From: Eledone cirrhosa
Lineage: Eukaryota
Length of the DNA stretch: 64,000 nucleotides
Direction of reading: 5' to 3'
NCBI GenBank assembly: GCA_964016885.1
Contig: OZ024744.1
Coordinates: 51,646,001 to 51,710,000, forward strand
Shown here: positions 1 through 9,828 of the stretch, piece by piece
Position numbering within the stretch: the first letter of the stretch is position 1
Layout: every line of letters begins with the position of its first letter
Notes under the pieces: model-generated
Database searches by the model: none
The model's input: the letters and a program-made list of their open reading frames with translations, nothing else
Told to the model about the DNA's origin: nothing
Translations under genes and position numbers: made by a program

Positions 1-48
1 ACCTGTGTTACTGCAGTCCATGAAAATGTGTCATTTCTTAAATCACGA

Positions 49-128
49 ATAAATAAATAGATAAATAAATAAATAGACAGATTAATTAAGTAAATAAATA
101 TATCCATTAAATAAATAAAATAAATAAT
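49..128. repeat. (TAAA/TAGA)n-like AT-rich tetranucleotide tract
   Basis: Imperfect aaat/agat repeats read directly. Confidence 0.8.
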
Positions 129-564
129 ATTCCTGCAACCAAAAATGGTTATATTTTTCTCTCCAATTTACCTTTCTCAGACGAGCAGCCATGATCTGAT
201 TTTACAAAGGGGGTCAGTTGACCGGAGTCCGAGGATGTCTGATGGAAAGAGGCCCGGGAAGGGAGGTGGCTGTTGCAGCGTGTGTCTCTGGCCATTGTCC
301 GCAGAAATGCTTTTGCCATTTTGTCCGCGGGGCGTAGCCGAAACACAGCCCTGACTCGGGTATAGAGTCTGTTATACTCCCTCTTCCCCCTTTCTTTCTT
401 CCTTTGTCTTATAGCCCCTGCTCTTCTTCTCCTTTTCCTCTCATTTATGGTATTTATAGTCCTTTCCAATACTGCTTTCTTTTTCTGTATGTCTGATAAA
501 TTTATTTTCTGTTGACAAGAAAAAAACCCCATCAAATCTTTCTTTCACACATCACACATCCTCT

Positions 565-659
565 ATGTATACATATATATATGTATATATGGATATACCA
601 CACACACACACACATATACACACACACATATACACACACACACATATATATATATATAT

Positions 660-726
<67 letters not shown>
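565..726. repeat. Compound (CA)n/(TA)n microsatellite
   Basis: Alternating cacaca/tatata runs. Confidence 0.95.
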
Positions 727-1081
727 ATGCTCCTCCACACCAACGGTGGAGGATAAAGTACAATATCAAAATTAAGGATTTCTTTTGACCAAATAGTAAT
801 AATAATAATAAAATAATACCTATAACATCCTCATCAACATCATCAACAACAACAACAGAAATAAGTCTATCAAAAGTATTATCAAACGGAAAAGGAAAGG
901 AAAGAAGAAAGAAAACCATCCGAAACATACCAAAAATCTAACAAAGAAACAAACAAAAACAAACAATACTAATGTCTTTAATTAAATACCGGGATAATTC
1001 CTGGACTCATATTGCACAAAGCTTACCCCTTTTTATTTACTTTTTTTCCATTTATTTTACTTGTATTGCATTTACCTATTA

Positions 1082-1129
1082 ATCATCATCATCACCACCA
1101 CCACAACCACCACCACCACCACCACCACC

Positions 1130-1161
<32 letters not shown>

Positions 1162-1183
1162 AATCATCATCATTATTATTATT
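1082..1183. repeat. Compound (CAT)/(CAC)/(ATT) triplet microsatellite; its last ATT units form the left edge of the insertion nest
   Basis: Direct reading; ends cattattattatt immediately before the SINE head. Confidence 0.9.
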
Positions 1184-1355
1184 GTGGATTGGCAGTATCG
1201 GTAGAGGGTCGGACGCCATGCTTTGACGCATAGAGTTACGGCCCTTTCCATTCTGAGTACAAATCCCGCCGAGGTTAACTTTGCCTTTCATCCTTACGGG
1301 ATGTCAGCCCTTGATATCATCCCTTGATGTCAACCCTTGTGGCCAATAAAGAAAT
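1184..1355 (+). mobile_element. tRNA-derived SINE with a LINE-type 3' tail
   Basis: A-box-like TGGCAGTATCGG (1190-1201) and degenerate B-box GAGTACAAATCCC (1255-1267). The 3' end atgtcaacccttgtggccaataaagaaatc matches the Tx1-like LINE terminus at 27/30 and is followed by (ATT)n. The body resembles octopus SINEs from memory; not verified by search. Confidence 0.75.
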
Positions 1356-1386
1356 CATCATTATTATTATTATTATTATTATTATT
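1356..1386. repeat. (ATT)n shared tail between the + strand SINE and - strand Dong A (tail-to-tail)
   Basis: catcattattatt...attatt read directly. Confidence 0.9.
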
Positions 1387-3732
1387 GTTCTTTGAGTCTC
1401 AGTCATTGATGTTAGTTAACTGGAAAGTTTGTTGAAATGAATATCAAGCTACTACCTGCAGCCTCAGATATTCAGGACGTATCGGAGGGTTCTTGCTGTT
1501 CCCAGCAAGCATGCCTTTTGAAGCGTTCCAAAAAGCGTGAAGGGGCCAATTTTCTTTAACCATCCCTGGAAACTTTTTGAGATAGTCCCTAGTGCGCCTA
1601 TGACAATCGGGACCACTTTGACTTCATGGCAGTTCCAAATCCTTTTTACCTCCCACTTTAAGTCCTGGTATCGGTTAATTTTCTCCCTCTCCTTCTCTTG
1701 CACTCTCGTGTCGAATGGGCAGGCGACATCCACAATCAGGCACGATCTTTTTTCTTTGTCCCAAACCACCAGGTCAGGTCTACTGTGTTCCAGTTTCTTG
1801 TCCGTCTGTATCCTAAAATCCCACAGCACCTTCACCTGATCGTTTTCTATCACCGACTCTGGCTTATGCTCATACCACTTCTCAGAATGTGGTAAATTGT
1901 TTACTTTGCATAGGTGCCAGTGGATCACCCTGCCCATCACATCATGACTCCAGCCCTTATAGTGAGTCTGGGCTAGGTGTTTACACTCGGATACAATGTG
2001 AGCCACAGTCTCCTCTCTCTCTCCACAGATCCTGCACAGTGGGCTAGCCTCCTCCTTGTAAATATGGTGTTTCAACCACTTCGTTTTGAGGGCCTGCTCT
2101 TGCGCAGCCATTAACATTCCTTCTGTAGCCTTTTTAATGTCTCCTCTTTTCAACCAGTTCCATGCCTGTGGATCTCTGAATTCAGTTTTCTCAAAGACGG
2201 TACTATGAAGGGATTTTTCCTGAAGGCTGCTCTTTCTCCTTGTTATTTCCTCCTTGGACATCCCCTGGTCTATTGTCCTCTCCTTCCGTACAGTTCTGAG
2301 CATTGGCTCCTTACTATCAGTCACGTATTTATGTAGGTTGTTTTTCTCCATCTGAACACAGTCCTCTATGCTGATAAGACCTCTTCCACCTTCAGATCTC
2401 CTTAAGTAGAGTCTATCGACATCACTCCTCTTGTGAACATGTTGTAGATAGTCAATAGCTTCCTAGTCTTTCTATCCATTTCTTTTTGTTCAGCAACATT
2501 CCATCGTAGAATTCCCGCACTGTACCTAATAATAGACACAGCTCGGGAATTTACTGCATTTATGGCATTCCTACTGTTCAGATGTGACTCTAATACGCTC
2601 CTTACTCTCCGAATGTATTCAGATCTTATCAATTCCTTCATTTTTTTTGTTATTGATGTCGTCAGCCTCCAGAACACCCAAATACTTGTATCCTTCTTCA
2701 GTGTCAATTTCCTTTATCATCTCACCTGTTGGTACCTGGATTCCGTTGCTTCTGCTCAATTTACCCCTCTTCATCACAAGGACTCCACACTTACTAATAC
2801 CAAATTGCATACATATACCATTGCTGAAAATACGGTCAGTGTCAACAAGCACATCCAACTCCTTCTCACTCTTCCTGAAGAGCTTAAGATCGTCCATGAA
2901 GAGGAGGTGATTGATGGTAAGCTCTCCCTTTCCCAACTTGTATCCTGCTTTCACTTTTCGCAGTATAATGGTCAGGGGCATCAGGGCAAGGACAAACAAC
3001 AGAGGGGACAGACTATCTCCCTGGAAGATACCTCTCTTGATCTTCACGCCTCCCAAGGATTCTCCAGCTGATGTAAACTCTGTTTTCCAGGACTTCATAC
3101 TTTTGCCCAACAACTGTCTGATGTTATCTGCCACCTTGAAGATCTCTAGGCTTTTGGTGATCCAAGAATGAGACACCATGTCAAATGCCTTTTTGTAGTC
3201 TATCCATCCCATGGCAAGACCAGTGTGTCTCCTCTTGCAATTCCTCATTACCATCTTATCAATAAGTAACTGGTCCTTTGTACCACGGGACTTCTTTCGG
3301 CATCCTTTCTGTTCGTCCGGTAACAAGTTGTTTGTGTAGAGGTGATGGTAGATTTCCTGAGACACAATGCTTGTCAACAGTTTCCACATTACGGACAGAC
3401 ATGTGATAGGTCTATAGTTGGTAACATCATTACCCTTGATTCGGTCTTTCATTACCAGAACTGTGGTACCTTTTGTCAACCACTCTGGTACCTTACCTGA
3501 CATCAAGCAGTCATTGAACATGGTTGTCAGTTTCGGGTGGAGGGATGTTATATTTTTAATCCAATACTCCTGCACACCATCTGGGCCTGGTGATTTCCAG
3601 TTGGTTAGTTTTTTGGTCTGCCCCTTAAGAGTTTCAACTGTGATACTCAAATCAGTTTGTTGGTGTGCCTGTTCACTAATCTCCTTCTGTACTGTCTCAA
3701 TCCATACTGCCTGGTCATTATGTTTAACATCC
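1387..3732 (-). mobile_element. R4/Dong-clade RLE non-LTR retrotransposon, family A, 5'-truncated
   Basis: RT motifs KSPGPDG, NYRPITCL, WIDYKKAFD, GIFQGDSLSPLLF, FMDD, YKYLG; CCHC CRICGEREETVAHIVSEC; RLE SRPDLVVWD..IVDVACP. About 77-nt 3' UTR, then (TAA)n on its own strand. Confidence 0.9.
1464..3732 (-). pseudogene. Frameshifted RT-RLE ORF of Dong A
   Basis: Three ORF-track pieces join into one R4-type protein via two frameshifts: at the T-run ~2641-2648 (NNKK/MKELIR) and ~2433 (MF[H]KRSDVDRLYLRRSEGGRGL). The conserved RHD reads SHD. Confidence 0.85.
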
Positions 3733-3739
3733 TTATTAG

Positions 3740-3803
<64 letters not shown>
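3733..3803. repeat. (ATT)n spacer with two AGT interruptions, Dong A 5' end / Tx1 copy 1 5' end
   Basis: Direct reading. Confidence 0.95.
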
Positions 3804-4018
3804 GAATGCCATGGTTGACGGAGGCTCGGCTCTGTAAGGTATAGTAATTTTTAACCGTTAAAACAATTGTAAATTGTTTAAAACTTGAACCAAATTGTTG
3901 ATAAAGACACCCTCCTCCTCGTGAGAGGGGTCTTTCTGTCCGTTATTTGGCCCTTCGGGGTTAAATAACCAGTTATTGGGGTTTTGTACCCAAAATTTCA
4001 TTTTAAACAAAAAACAAC
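3804..4018 (+). promoter_or_regulatory. Structured LINE 5' UTR (probable internal promoter), with an 8-codon uORF MVDGGSAL at 3811-3837
   Basis: Hairpins at 3903-3935 (GTGA loop), 3942-3969 (cTTCGg loop) and 3976-3993. Promoter role inferred from L1-clade biology. Confidence 0.55.
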
Positions 4019-6112
4019 ATGGCTACAAAAAAGAAATTTCATACGTCACTCCCACTCATTCCGTCTTCTTCTTCCTCAATCATCACTACAGCAGAGAGAA
4101 GATTGTCTCTCTCCCTCCCTTCTTTAAATGTGTCTCTCTCCCTCCCTTCTCTTTCGCAAGTGACGAAAGAAAAGAAAAGTCTCGTGCAAAGCGTGCAAGG
4201 TTTCTCCACGACGACGACGACAGCGACGAAACAGGTGTGCGGGAAATACGAAAACCCAGTTCATTCGTCTGACGTCAGGAATAATAGCAGTAGCAGCCGT
4301 AATAACAACAGCAACAGTGACAATGAAAACAACAGTAGCAGCCGCAACAGCATCACCAGCAGCATAAACAACAACAGCATTAGCAGCAGCAACACCAACA
4401 ACAACCACAGCAACAGCGGCGGAGGCAGTAGTCGTAGTACCTGCAGCAACAAAAGTACCAGCAGCTCTGACGACAACAACAACAGCAGAGAAAAACCAAT
4501 CTCATTTGCAGGTATTGCGAAAAACCTGGAAACAATCCTCATAACAAATGAGGAATTAGAGGAAGCGAAGAAGATGGTGACAAAGAACGGACACCGAGCA
4601 ATCTGCAAGGCAGCGAAACATTTTTTCGAAACCCAAGAGCACTGTACGGTCACGTACCGTACAGTAAGTACAAAATCCCGTAGGGTGGAAAGAGCCACAG
4701 AGGCCCAAATACAAAAAGCCTTGGGGTCTGTGTGGCAGAGGAAAACGCACATCACCCGAGGCAAAAAATACGCCACCGTAGACGTACTTTTTGCCACACC
4801 CCAGGAGGCAAAGGCCCAATCAGTAGTGACCCTAAGGAGCGAGGAAATGGTGTTGGTGCCCTCCTACTGTGGGCAAAAAATTGTGAGGGTCAAACTGACC
4901 CACGTCCCCCCCGGAATGACCCCTTCTTGGCTGGCCGCGTCTGTCCTCGTCGGAATCGAGGACAAAACAACTGTACTGCAAGTACAGAAAAAAGTAAGAG
5001 AAGATTGGGTCGGCTCCTCCATTGAGATGCTAATCCAAACCAACCAGGAGTGCATCGAAGCTATCCCGGATGTGATAGACTTCGATAACGGCACTCAACT
5101 GCCCATAAGTGTTGAGGGCAAACGCCCGAAATGCTTTCGCTGTGGATCGAAGACTCACCTCAGGGCCTTCTGCAACGAGAAGACCATGAGAAAGGAGAAA
5201 ACCCCCCTCCTCCCGAATCCGGTTCCACGGCTACCAGCAACAGGACAAGCGGCAACCAGGAACGATAGGTCCGTGGCACCCACACCCACTCCACGGAAAT
5301 CAAAGACAGCAGCAGCAGTGGAAATATTAACAACAACAACAGCAATACCAAATGCAGCTGCAACAGAGACTCCAGTGCAAACATCACCAACAACAACAAG
5401 TGAAAGAGTGGAGCTGGTACCCCTCCCCGACCTTACAGAATCAGACATGGAGTGTGAGGTGGGAGAGGGATGGCAAAAGGTCGTAAGAAGGCACAAACGC
5501 AGAAGCAGCGCATCGTCGCCTTTGAAAAGGGAGGAAAGAAATGAGAAAAGGGTAAAGTCTACTGCAAAGAGACCCACAGCAGCAACACCACCAACACCAT
5601 CACCACCCACACCAGCACCACCATCACCACCGGCGACAACCCCACCGCCAACAACACCTTCAACACCACCACCACAAGCACCAACATCGCAAACACAACA
5701 ACAAAACACACACACCCAGCAACAACGACAAGAAAATAGCAGAACCACACCCCACCCCCAGAAAAACAAATGCACGGCAATAAACACACACAACAAGAAA
5801 CTAATGACTTACATAATTGAACACACAGACATTTCACAACAGGACTACATAATACCAGCACCAATCAAAACGCCAACTAACATAAGACTGCTAAAAATAG
5901 CACAGAAACAATACACAAACATTAAAACGAAATTCCCCAACGCAGTTGGTGATTTCAGGGACCTAGGAGGAACCATTAATCGAAGAGTATATTCAGACAT
6001 TCTCTTAGAAGAGCCGACGACCAGCCGAAGGGACGATTCAACGGTCCCTTCACCAGACGATCAAGTGAAAAGGGATGTAAAAACCATCCCTCCTCTACCA
6101 AAAGTACGGTAA
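4019..6112 (+). CDS. LINE ORF1 (gag-like nucleic-acid-binding protein), 697 aa
   Basis: CX2CX4HX4C knuckle CFRCGSKTHLRAFC; N/S-rich and P/T-rich disordered tracts; basic WQKVVRRHKRR motif; position upstream of ORF2. Confidence 0.9.
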   Translation: MATKKKFHTSLPLIPSSSSSIITTAERRLSLSLPSLNVSLSLPSLSQVTKEKKSLVQSVQGFSTTTTTATKQVCGKYENPVHSSDVRNNSSSSRNNNSNSDNENNSSSRNSITSSINNNSISSSNTNNNHSNSGGGSSRSTCSNKSTSSSDDNNNSREKPISFAGIAKNLETILITNEELEEAKKMVTKNGHRAICKAAKHFFETQEHCTVTYRTVSTKSRRVERATEAQIQKALGSVWQRKTHITRGKKYATVDVLFATPQEAKAQSVVTLRSEEMVLVPSYCGQKIVRVKLTHVPPGMTPSWLAASVLVGIEDKTTVLQVQKKVREDWVGSSIEMLIQTNQECIEAIPDVIDFDNGTQLPISVEGKRPKCFRCGSKTHLRAFCNEKTMRKEKTPLLPNPVPRLPATGQAATRNDRSVAPTPTPRKSKTAAAVEILTTTTAIPNAAATETPVQTSPTTTSERVELVPLPDLTESDMECEVGEGWQKVVRRHKRRSSASSPLKREERNEKRVKSTAKRPTAATPPTPSPPTPAPPSPPATTPPPTTPSTPPPQAPTSQTQQQNTHTQQQRQENSRTTPHPQKNKCTAINTHNKKLMTYIIEHTDISQQDYIIPAPIKTPTNIRLLKIAQKQYTNIKTKFPNAVGDFRDLGGTINRRVYSDILLEEPTTSRRDDSTVPSPDDQVKRDVKTIPPLPKVR

Positions 6113-6147
6113 GTGGTCTTTCCCATCTTTTCCACTCTATTTTAAAC

Positions 6148-9100
6148 ATGACCTCACTCAGAATAGGCAGCATAAATGCGCGTGGCTTGGGGTCGTCATG
6201 GAAGCAGGGTCACCTGCTCAACGACCTCAGGTCACTAAACATAGATGTAGTGGCCATCAGCGAGACCAGAATCTCCGAAGCACGGGCCTTCGCACCGATC
6301 TTCGGCGGCTACGATGTGTACGCATCTCCCAGCCGTCCTGGATCCGGTGGAGGAGTTGCTGTGCTTTTTCGGAGAGGTTTGGATCTCGCCATACGGGCCA
6401 TCTTCCTGGACCCAGAGGGTAAGCTGGTGGTGCTGGACGTGACCAGCGGAGACGGGCAAGCTTTCAGGCTAGTGGCCGTCTATGCCCCGACAGGAGCAGG
6501 GCGGCCTGATTTCTTCCGGCGTCTGGAGACCTTTCTTGGAACGTCCCGCTCTTTAGTGTTAGTGGGCGACTGGAACGGGATCTTAGATGCACGCTGGGAC
6601 TGTGTGGGATTAGCGGATAGGGGTGGAGGGTGCAAGAGCCTCACCAACCTGCTCAGGCGTTTTGAACTGTCTGACAGGTACCGATTGGATTTCCCGAATG
6701 TGCCAATGTGGACTTGGACAAACCGCATAGGGTCATCCAGATCATATCTAGATAGAGTATTTTGTAGGGAAATAGATAGGTCTAGCATAGGCTGTCCACA
6801 ATTCAAGATAGTCAGCTACACGGACCACAAATTCGTGACCTGTGTGCTTGACTTAGATAGGCTTCATAGACGAGGACCCGGCTACTGGAAGCTAAACGCG
6901 TCCTTACCAGCGCGCAAGGCCTACAGAGACCGGATTAGCGAACTAGTTAAGCGGGCGTTGACGGGGGCCATCGTCAACAACAAGTGGTGGTTTGCTCTGA
7001 AAAGAGCGATTAGAATAGAATCGATTAGGTTTAGTAAGGCTTTAGCAATAGAGAAAAATAGAGCAGAGGGAGAACTAGTTAGAAAATTAGACGAGGCGCT
7101 TAGCAAAGGCATTGCGACCGACGTGCTTGCGGCGAAATTGGCCCTTGACCAATTCTTCAATGCAAAGCACGAAGGCTGCGTTGTCAGAGCTAGGGTGCGT
7201 GCTCTCAGACACGAGGGGACGAAAGCCGTTCAATGGGCCCGAGTGGCGGAGGCGCGTCGTGGCAACAAAGCCACGATCCGGTCTTTGGTGGACCACGACG
7301 GGCGCATGCTACTCGATCCCGGGCAAATGTGTGAAGCTTTTCAGCGACACTTCGCTCAGCTGTTCGGGGGCAGCGGGGGGCCGGGTAGAGGGATGGACTT
7401 TAGTGTCTACCTCGACGGACTGCCGCGGCTCTCGGCCACTGAGGCGAAGTGTTGCGAAAAGCCGATAACAGCCGCTGAAGTACGGGAGGCAATGACTGGC
7501 TGCACAAGGGGTAAATCGCCTGGTTTGGATGGTCTGCCCTATGAACTTTACGTACAGATGCCAGACTTGTTCGGAGGCCTCTTGGCGGACGTCTACTGCA
7601 ACTGGCAACAGAACGGGAGAATTCCCAGTTCTGTGAGCCGAGGAGCGGTGGCACTGCTGAGAAAGGATCCGAACAAGGGGGATAACATAGACAATTTCCG
7701 GCCCATAACTCTGCTAAACACAGAGTTTAAGATTTTGGCCAAGGTGCTAGCAAAGAGGTTGGCGCTTGTCGTTGGTGGTCTGGTGGGAGAGGCGCAGACA
7801 TGCGCCATTCCCGACAGATCCATCCACGACAACCTCCACCTCATGCGATACATCGTAGAGAGGGTAGCTAGGGAACCTGGCACGGGTGGGTCCTTGATCA
7901 ATTTAGATCAGTCGAAAGCTTTCGATAGGGTCGACCATCGTTACCTAGCGGCAGTCCTGAGGGCGGCTGGCTTTGGGCCCGTCTTCAGAGGCTGGATCGC
8001 TGCCATGCACAGCGACATCTGCTCTGTGGTGAGAGTGAACGGTCACCTGTCGGAACCGTTCAACATCATGCGCTCGGTCCGCCAAGGATGTCCCCTCTCG
8101 TCCCTCTTGTACGTATTGACTCTCGAGCCATTACTGCACAAACTGGAGACGTTGAGGGGAGTCCCGCGCGAACTAGGATGCGGAAGATCCGTGTCAGCAT
8201 ATGCGGACGATGTCACCGTAGTGGTGTCGAACGCCAAACACATCGAGGCGATCGGCACTACACTAAGAGAATACGAAGCGGTGACAGGAGCAATGATCAA
8301 CCAGGAAAAGTCAGTGGGCCTGCAGCTCGGCACCTGGAGAGGCAGGTCCATGCCGTCCAACAGCGTCGTCGGGCGCTGGACGGACGGACCGGTTAAATTG
8401 CTAGGGGTCTGGTTCGGTCCGGACCTCCAGACGGACAAAAACTGGGACGAGGTGACGAGCAGGGTGGCTTCTCTCACCCAGAAATGGGCGGAGAGGAAGC
8501 TATCCCTGAAAGGTCGAGCGGAGGTGGCTAACGCGTACATCGCGTCTGTCATCTGCTACCGCCTAACCGTCGTACCTTGTCCTAAGCCTCGCCTGACTGC
8601 GCTGGAGCGTTTGCTCTTTCGCTTTTTGTGGAAGGGACGTGCTCCGATGGTCAGGCGGTCCATCTGTTGTCAACACCCGCTGCGTGGAGGGCTGGGCATG
8701 CCGTGGCTGATGATGCGCAGGCACGCGCTCAGGCTACGACATCTCCACCTCTTCCTCGACGGTGATCAGGTGTGGTCGCCGTTTGCTAGACGCGTTTTTC
8801 CCCAGCTCGTTTCCTTGACGGAGCTGCAGTCCTGGGTCAAGCGAAGACCGAGAGGGAGCGCCTGGAGACTGGAATGTCTTCAGGCGCTCACAGCCCTCGA
8901 CCAATCGGGCAATGTGATCGGTGGAAACTCCACCTCGGCGTTCTATAGAGGATTAGTGGAGGGGAAGAGCGACGACGTACTTGGGGAAACTCTAGGCGTC
9001 GACGAAAATCAACTAGCCAATCTCTTCGGAAGAACCTTCGGGCCAGGGCCTATGGACAACTTCCAGAAATCTCTGGCCTGGCAGTGCTACCGAGGAGCCT

Positions 9101-9567
9101 TGCCAGTTCGGGATAAACTCTACAGGCATGGAGGTGCCGTCAGCCGGGCATGTCCGAGATGCGCGCAGGGCGACGAAACCGTCCTGCACGCACTCGTCCA
9201 GTGTCCGAAAATTGCTGACTTGTGGGTTTATGTCGAACACCTGCTGTCGCGTTTAGGACGGATCCAGCTATCATCTGAGTCTATCGTGAGGATTGCCCCG
9301 CCCTCCTCCTTTAGCCGGGAAGGGCAGGCAGTTTTTATCTGTCTGGTGGCCATGGCGAAAGAGATAGTATGGTGGACACGTTTGAAAGGGCTGAAGACGA
9401 GCACTTACCTCTTCGGTGATGCTCTGATTGACTTTTTCAAATTTCATTTGAAAAGGAAAATCAGAGTAGAGAAGGAAGTGCTCTCTTCCCAGCATTTTGT
9501 TGAAAGATGGGTGAGAGAAGCAAGAATGGCCCGAGTGAATGGGCCGACTCTGAGTATATATCTGTAA
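6148..9567 (+). CDS. LINE ORF2 (APE endonuclease - reverse transcriptase - CCHC), 1139 aa
   Basis: APE motifs SINARG, ISET, VYAP, GDWN, LDRV, TDH; RT motifs KSPGLDG, NFRPITLLN, LDQSKAFDRV, RQGCPLS, YADD; C-terminal CPRC..H..C. Confidence 0.97.
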   Translation: MTSLRIGSINARGLGSSWKQGHLLNDLRSLNIDVVAISETRISEARAFAPIFGGYDVYASPSRPGSGGGVAVLFRRGLDLAIRAIFLDPEGKLVVLDVTSGDGQAFRLVAVYAPTGAGRPDFFRRLETFLGTSRSLVLVGDWNGILDARWDCVGLADRGGGCKSLTNLLRRFELSDRYRLDFPNVPMWTWTNRIGSSRSYLDRVFCREIDRSSIGCPQFKIVSYTDHKFVTCVLDLDRLHRRGPGYWKLNASLPARKAYRDRISELVKRALTGAIVNNKWWFALKRAIRIESIRFSKALAIEKNRAEGELVRKLDEALSKGIATDVLAAKLALDQFFNAKHEGCVVRARVRALRHEGTKAVQWARVAEARRGNKATIRSLVDHDGRMLLDPGQMCEAFQRHFAQLFGGSGGPGRGMDFSVYLDGLPRLSATEAKCCEKPITAAEVREAMTGCTRGKSPGLDGLPYELYVQMPDLFGGLLADVYCNWQQNGRIPSSVSRGAVALLRKDPNKGDNIDNFRPITLLNTEFKILAKVLAKRLALVVGGLVGEAQTCAIPDRSIHDNLHLMRYIVERVAREPGTGGSLINLDQSKAFDRVDHRYLAAVLRAAGFGPVFRGWIAAMHSDICSVVRVNGHLSEPFNIMRSVRQGCPLSSLLYVLTLEPLLHKLETLRGVPRELGCGRSVSAYADDVTVVVSNAKHIEAIGTTLREYEAVTGAMINQEKSVGLQLGTWRGRSMPSNSVVGRWTDGPVKLLGVWFGPDLQTDKNWDEVTSRVASLTQKWAERKLSLKGRAEVANAYIASVICYRLTVVPCPKPRLTALERLLFRFLWKGRAPMVRRSICCQHPLRGGLGMPWLMMRRHALRLRHLHLFLDGDQVWSPFARRVFPQLVSLTELQSWVKRRPRGSAWRLECLQALTALDQSGNVIGGNSTSAFYRGLVEGKSDDVLGETLGVDENQLANLFGRTFGPGPMDNFQKSLAWQCYRGALPVRDKLYRHGGAVSRACPRCAQGDETVLHALVQCPKIADLWVYVEHLLSRLGRIQLSSESIVRIAPPSSFSREGQAVFICLVAMAKEIVWWTRLKGLKTSTYLFGDALIDFFKFHLKRKIRVEKEVLSSQHFVERWVREARMARVNGPTLSIYL

Positions 9568-9818
9568 ACTAAAGGTGGAAAACTGGGAGAGGGCACTTGC
9601 CTTGGTGGTCAGGGTCATTGTGGCTTTTTACTGGGCTTTCTCCACAAATGTCCCTCCGAAGTCTCCCCCCTATTGGGGAATTTTTCATTGTTATTTTCAT
9701 TGTTATTTTTGTTACATCCTCTATTTTTGTTTTTTTTACACGCAGAAATGCCCATTTGTACCGTCCTGCATTGTCCTGCACTGTCCTTAATGTCTACTTT
9801 ATGTAAACCCTTGTGGTT

Positions 9819-9824
9819 AATAAA
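9819..9824 (+). terminator. AATAAA polyadenylation-like signal at the LINE 3' end (present in every copy)
   Basis: ggttAATAAAgaaatc directly before the (ATT)n tail. Confidence 0.55.
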
Positions 9825-9828
9825 GAAA

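Noticed and set aside
1184-1275. Functional tRNA gene
   Set aside because: Degenerate B-box, no convincing cloverleaf, and it continues into a SINE body and LINE-type tail.
149-1291. ORFs of 63-128 aa at the window start (YI/HT repeats, poly-His, poly-Gly, K/R-rich)
   Set aside because: Derived from microsatellites or a polypurine tract; no recognisable domain.
3911-3945. HDV-like ribozyme suggested by CCTCCTCGTG (L3-like UCCUCGU)
   Set aside because: Could not build P3, P1 and P1.1 with the required downstream GG by eye; a simple GNRA hairpin explains it. No hammerhead CUGANGA/GAAA core was seen either.
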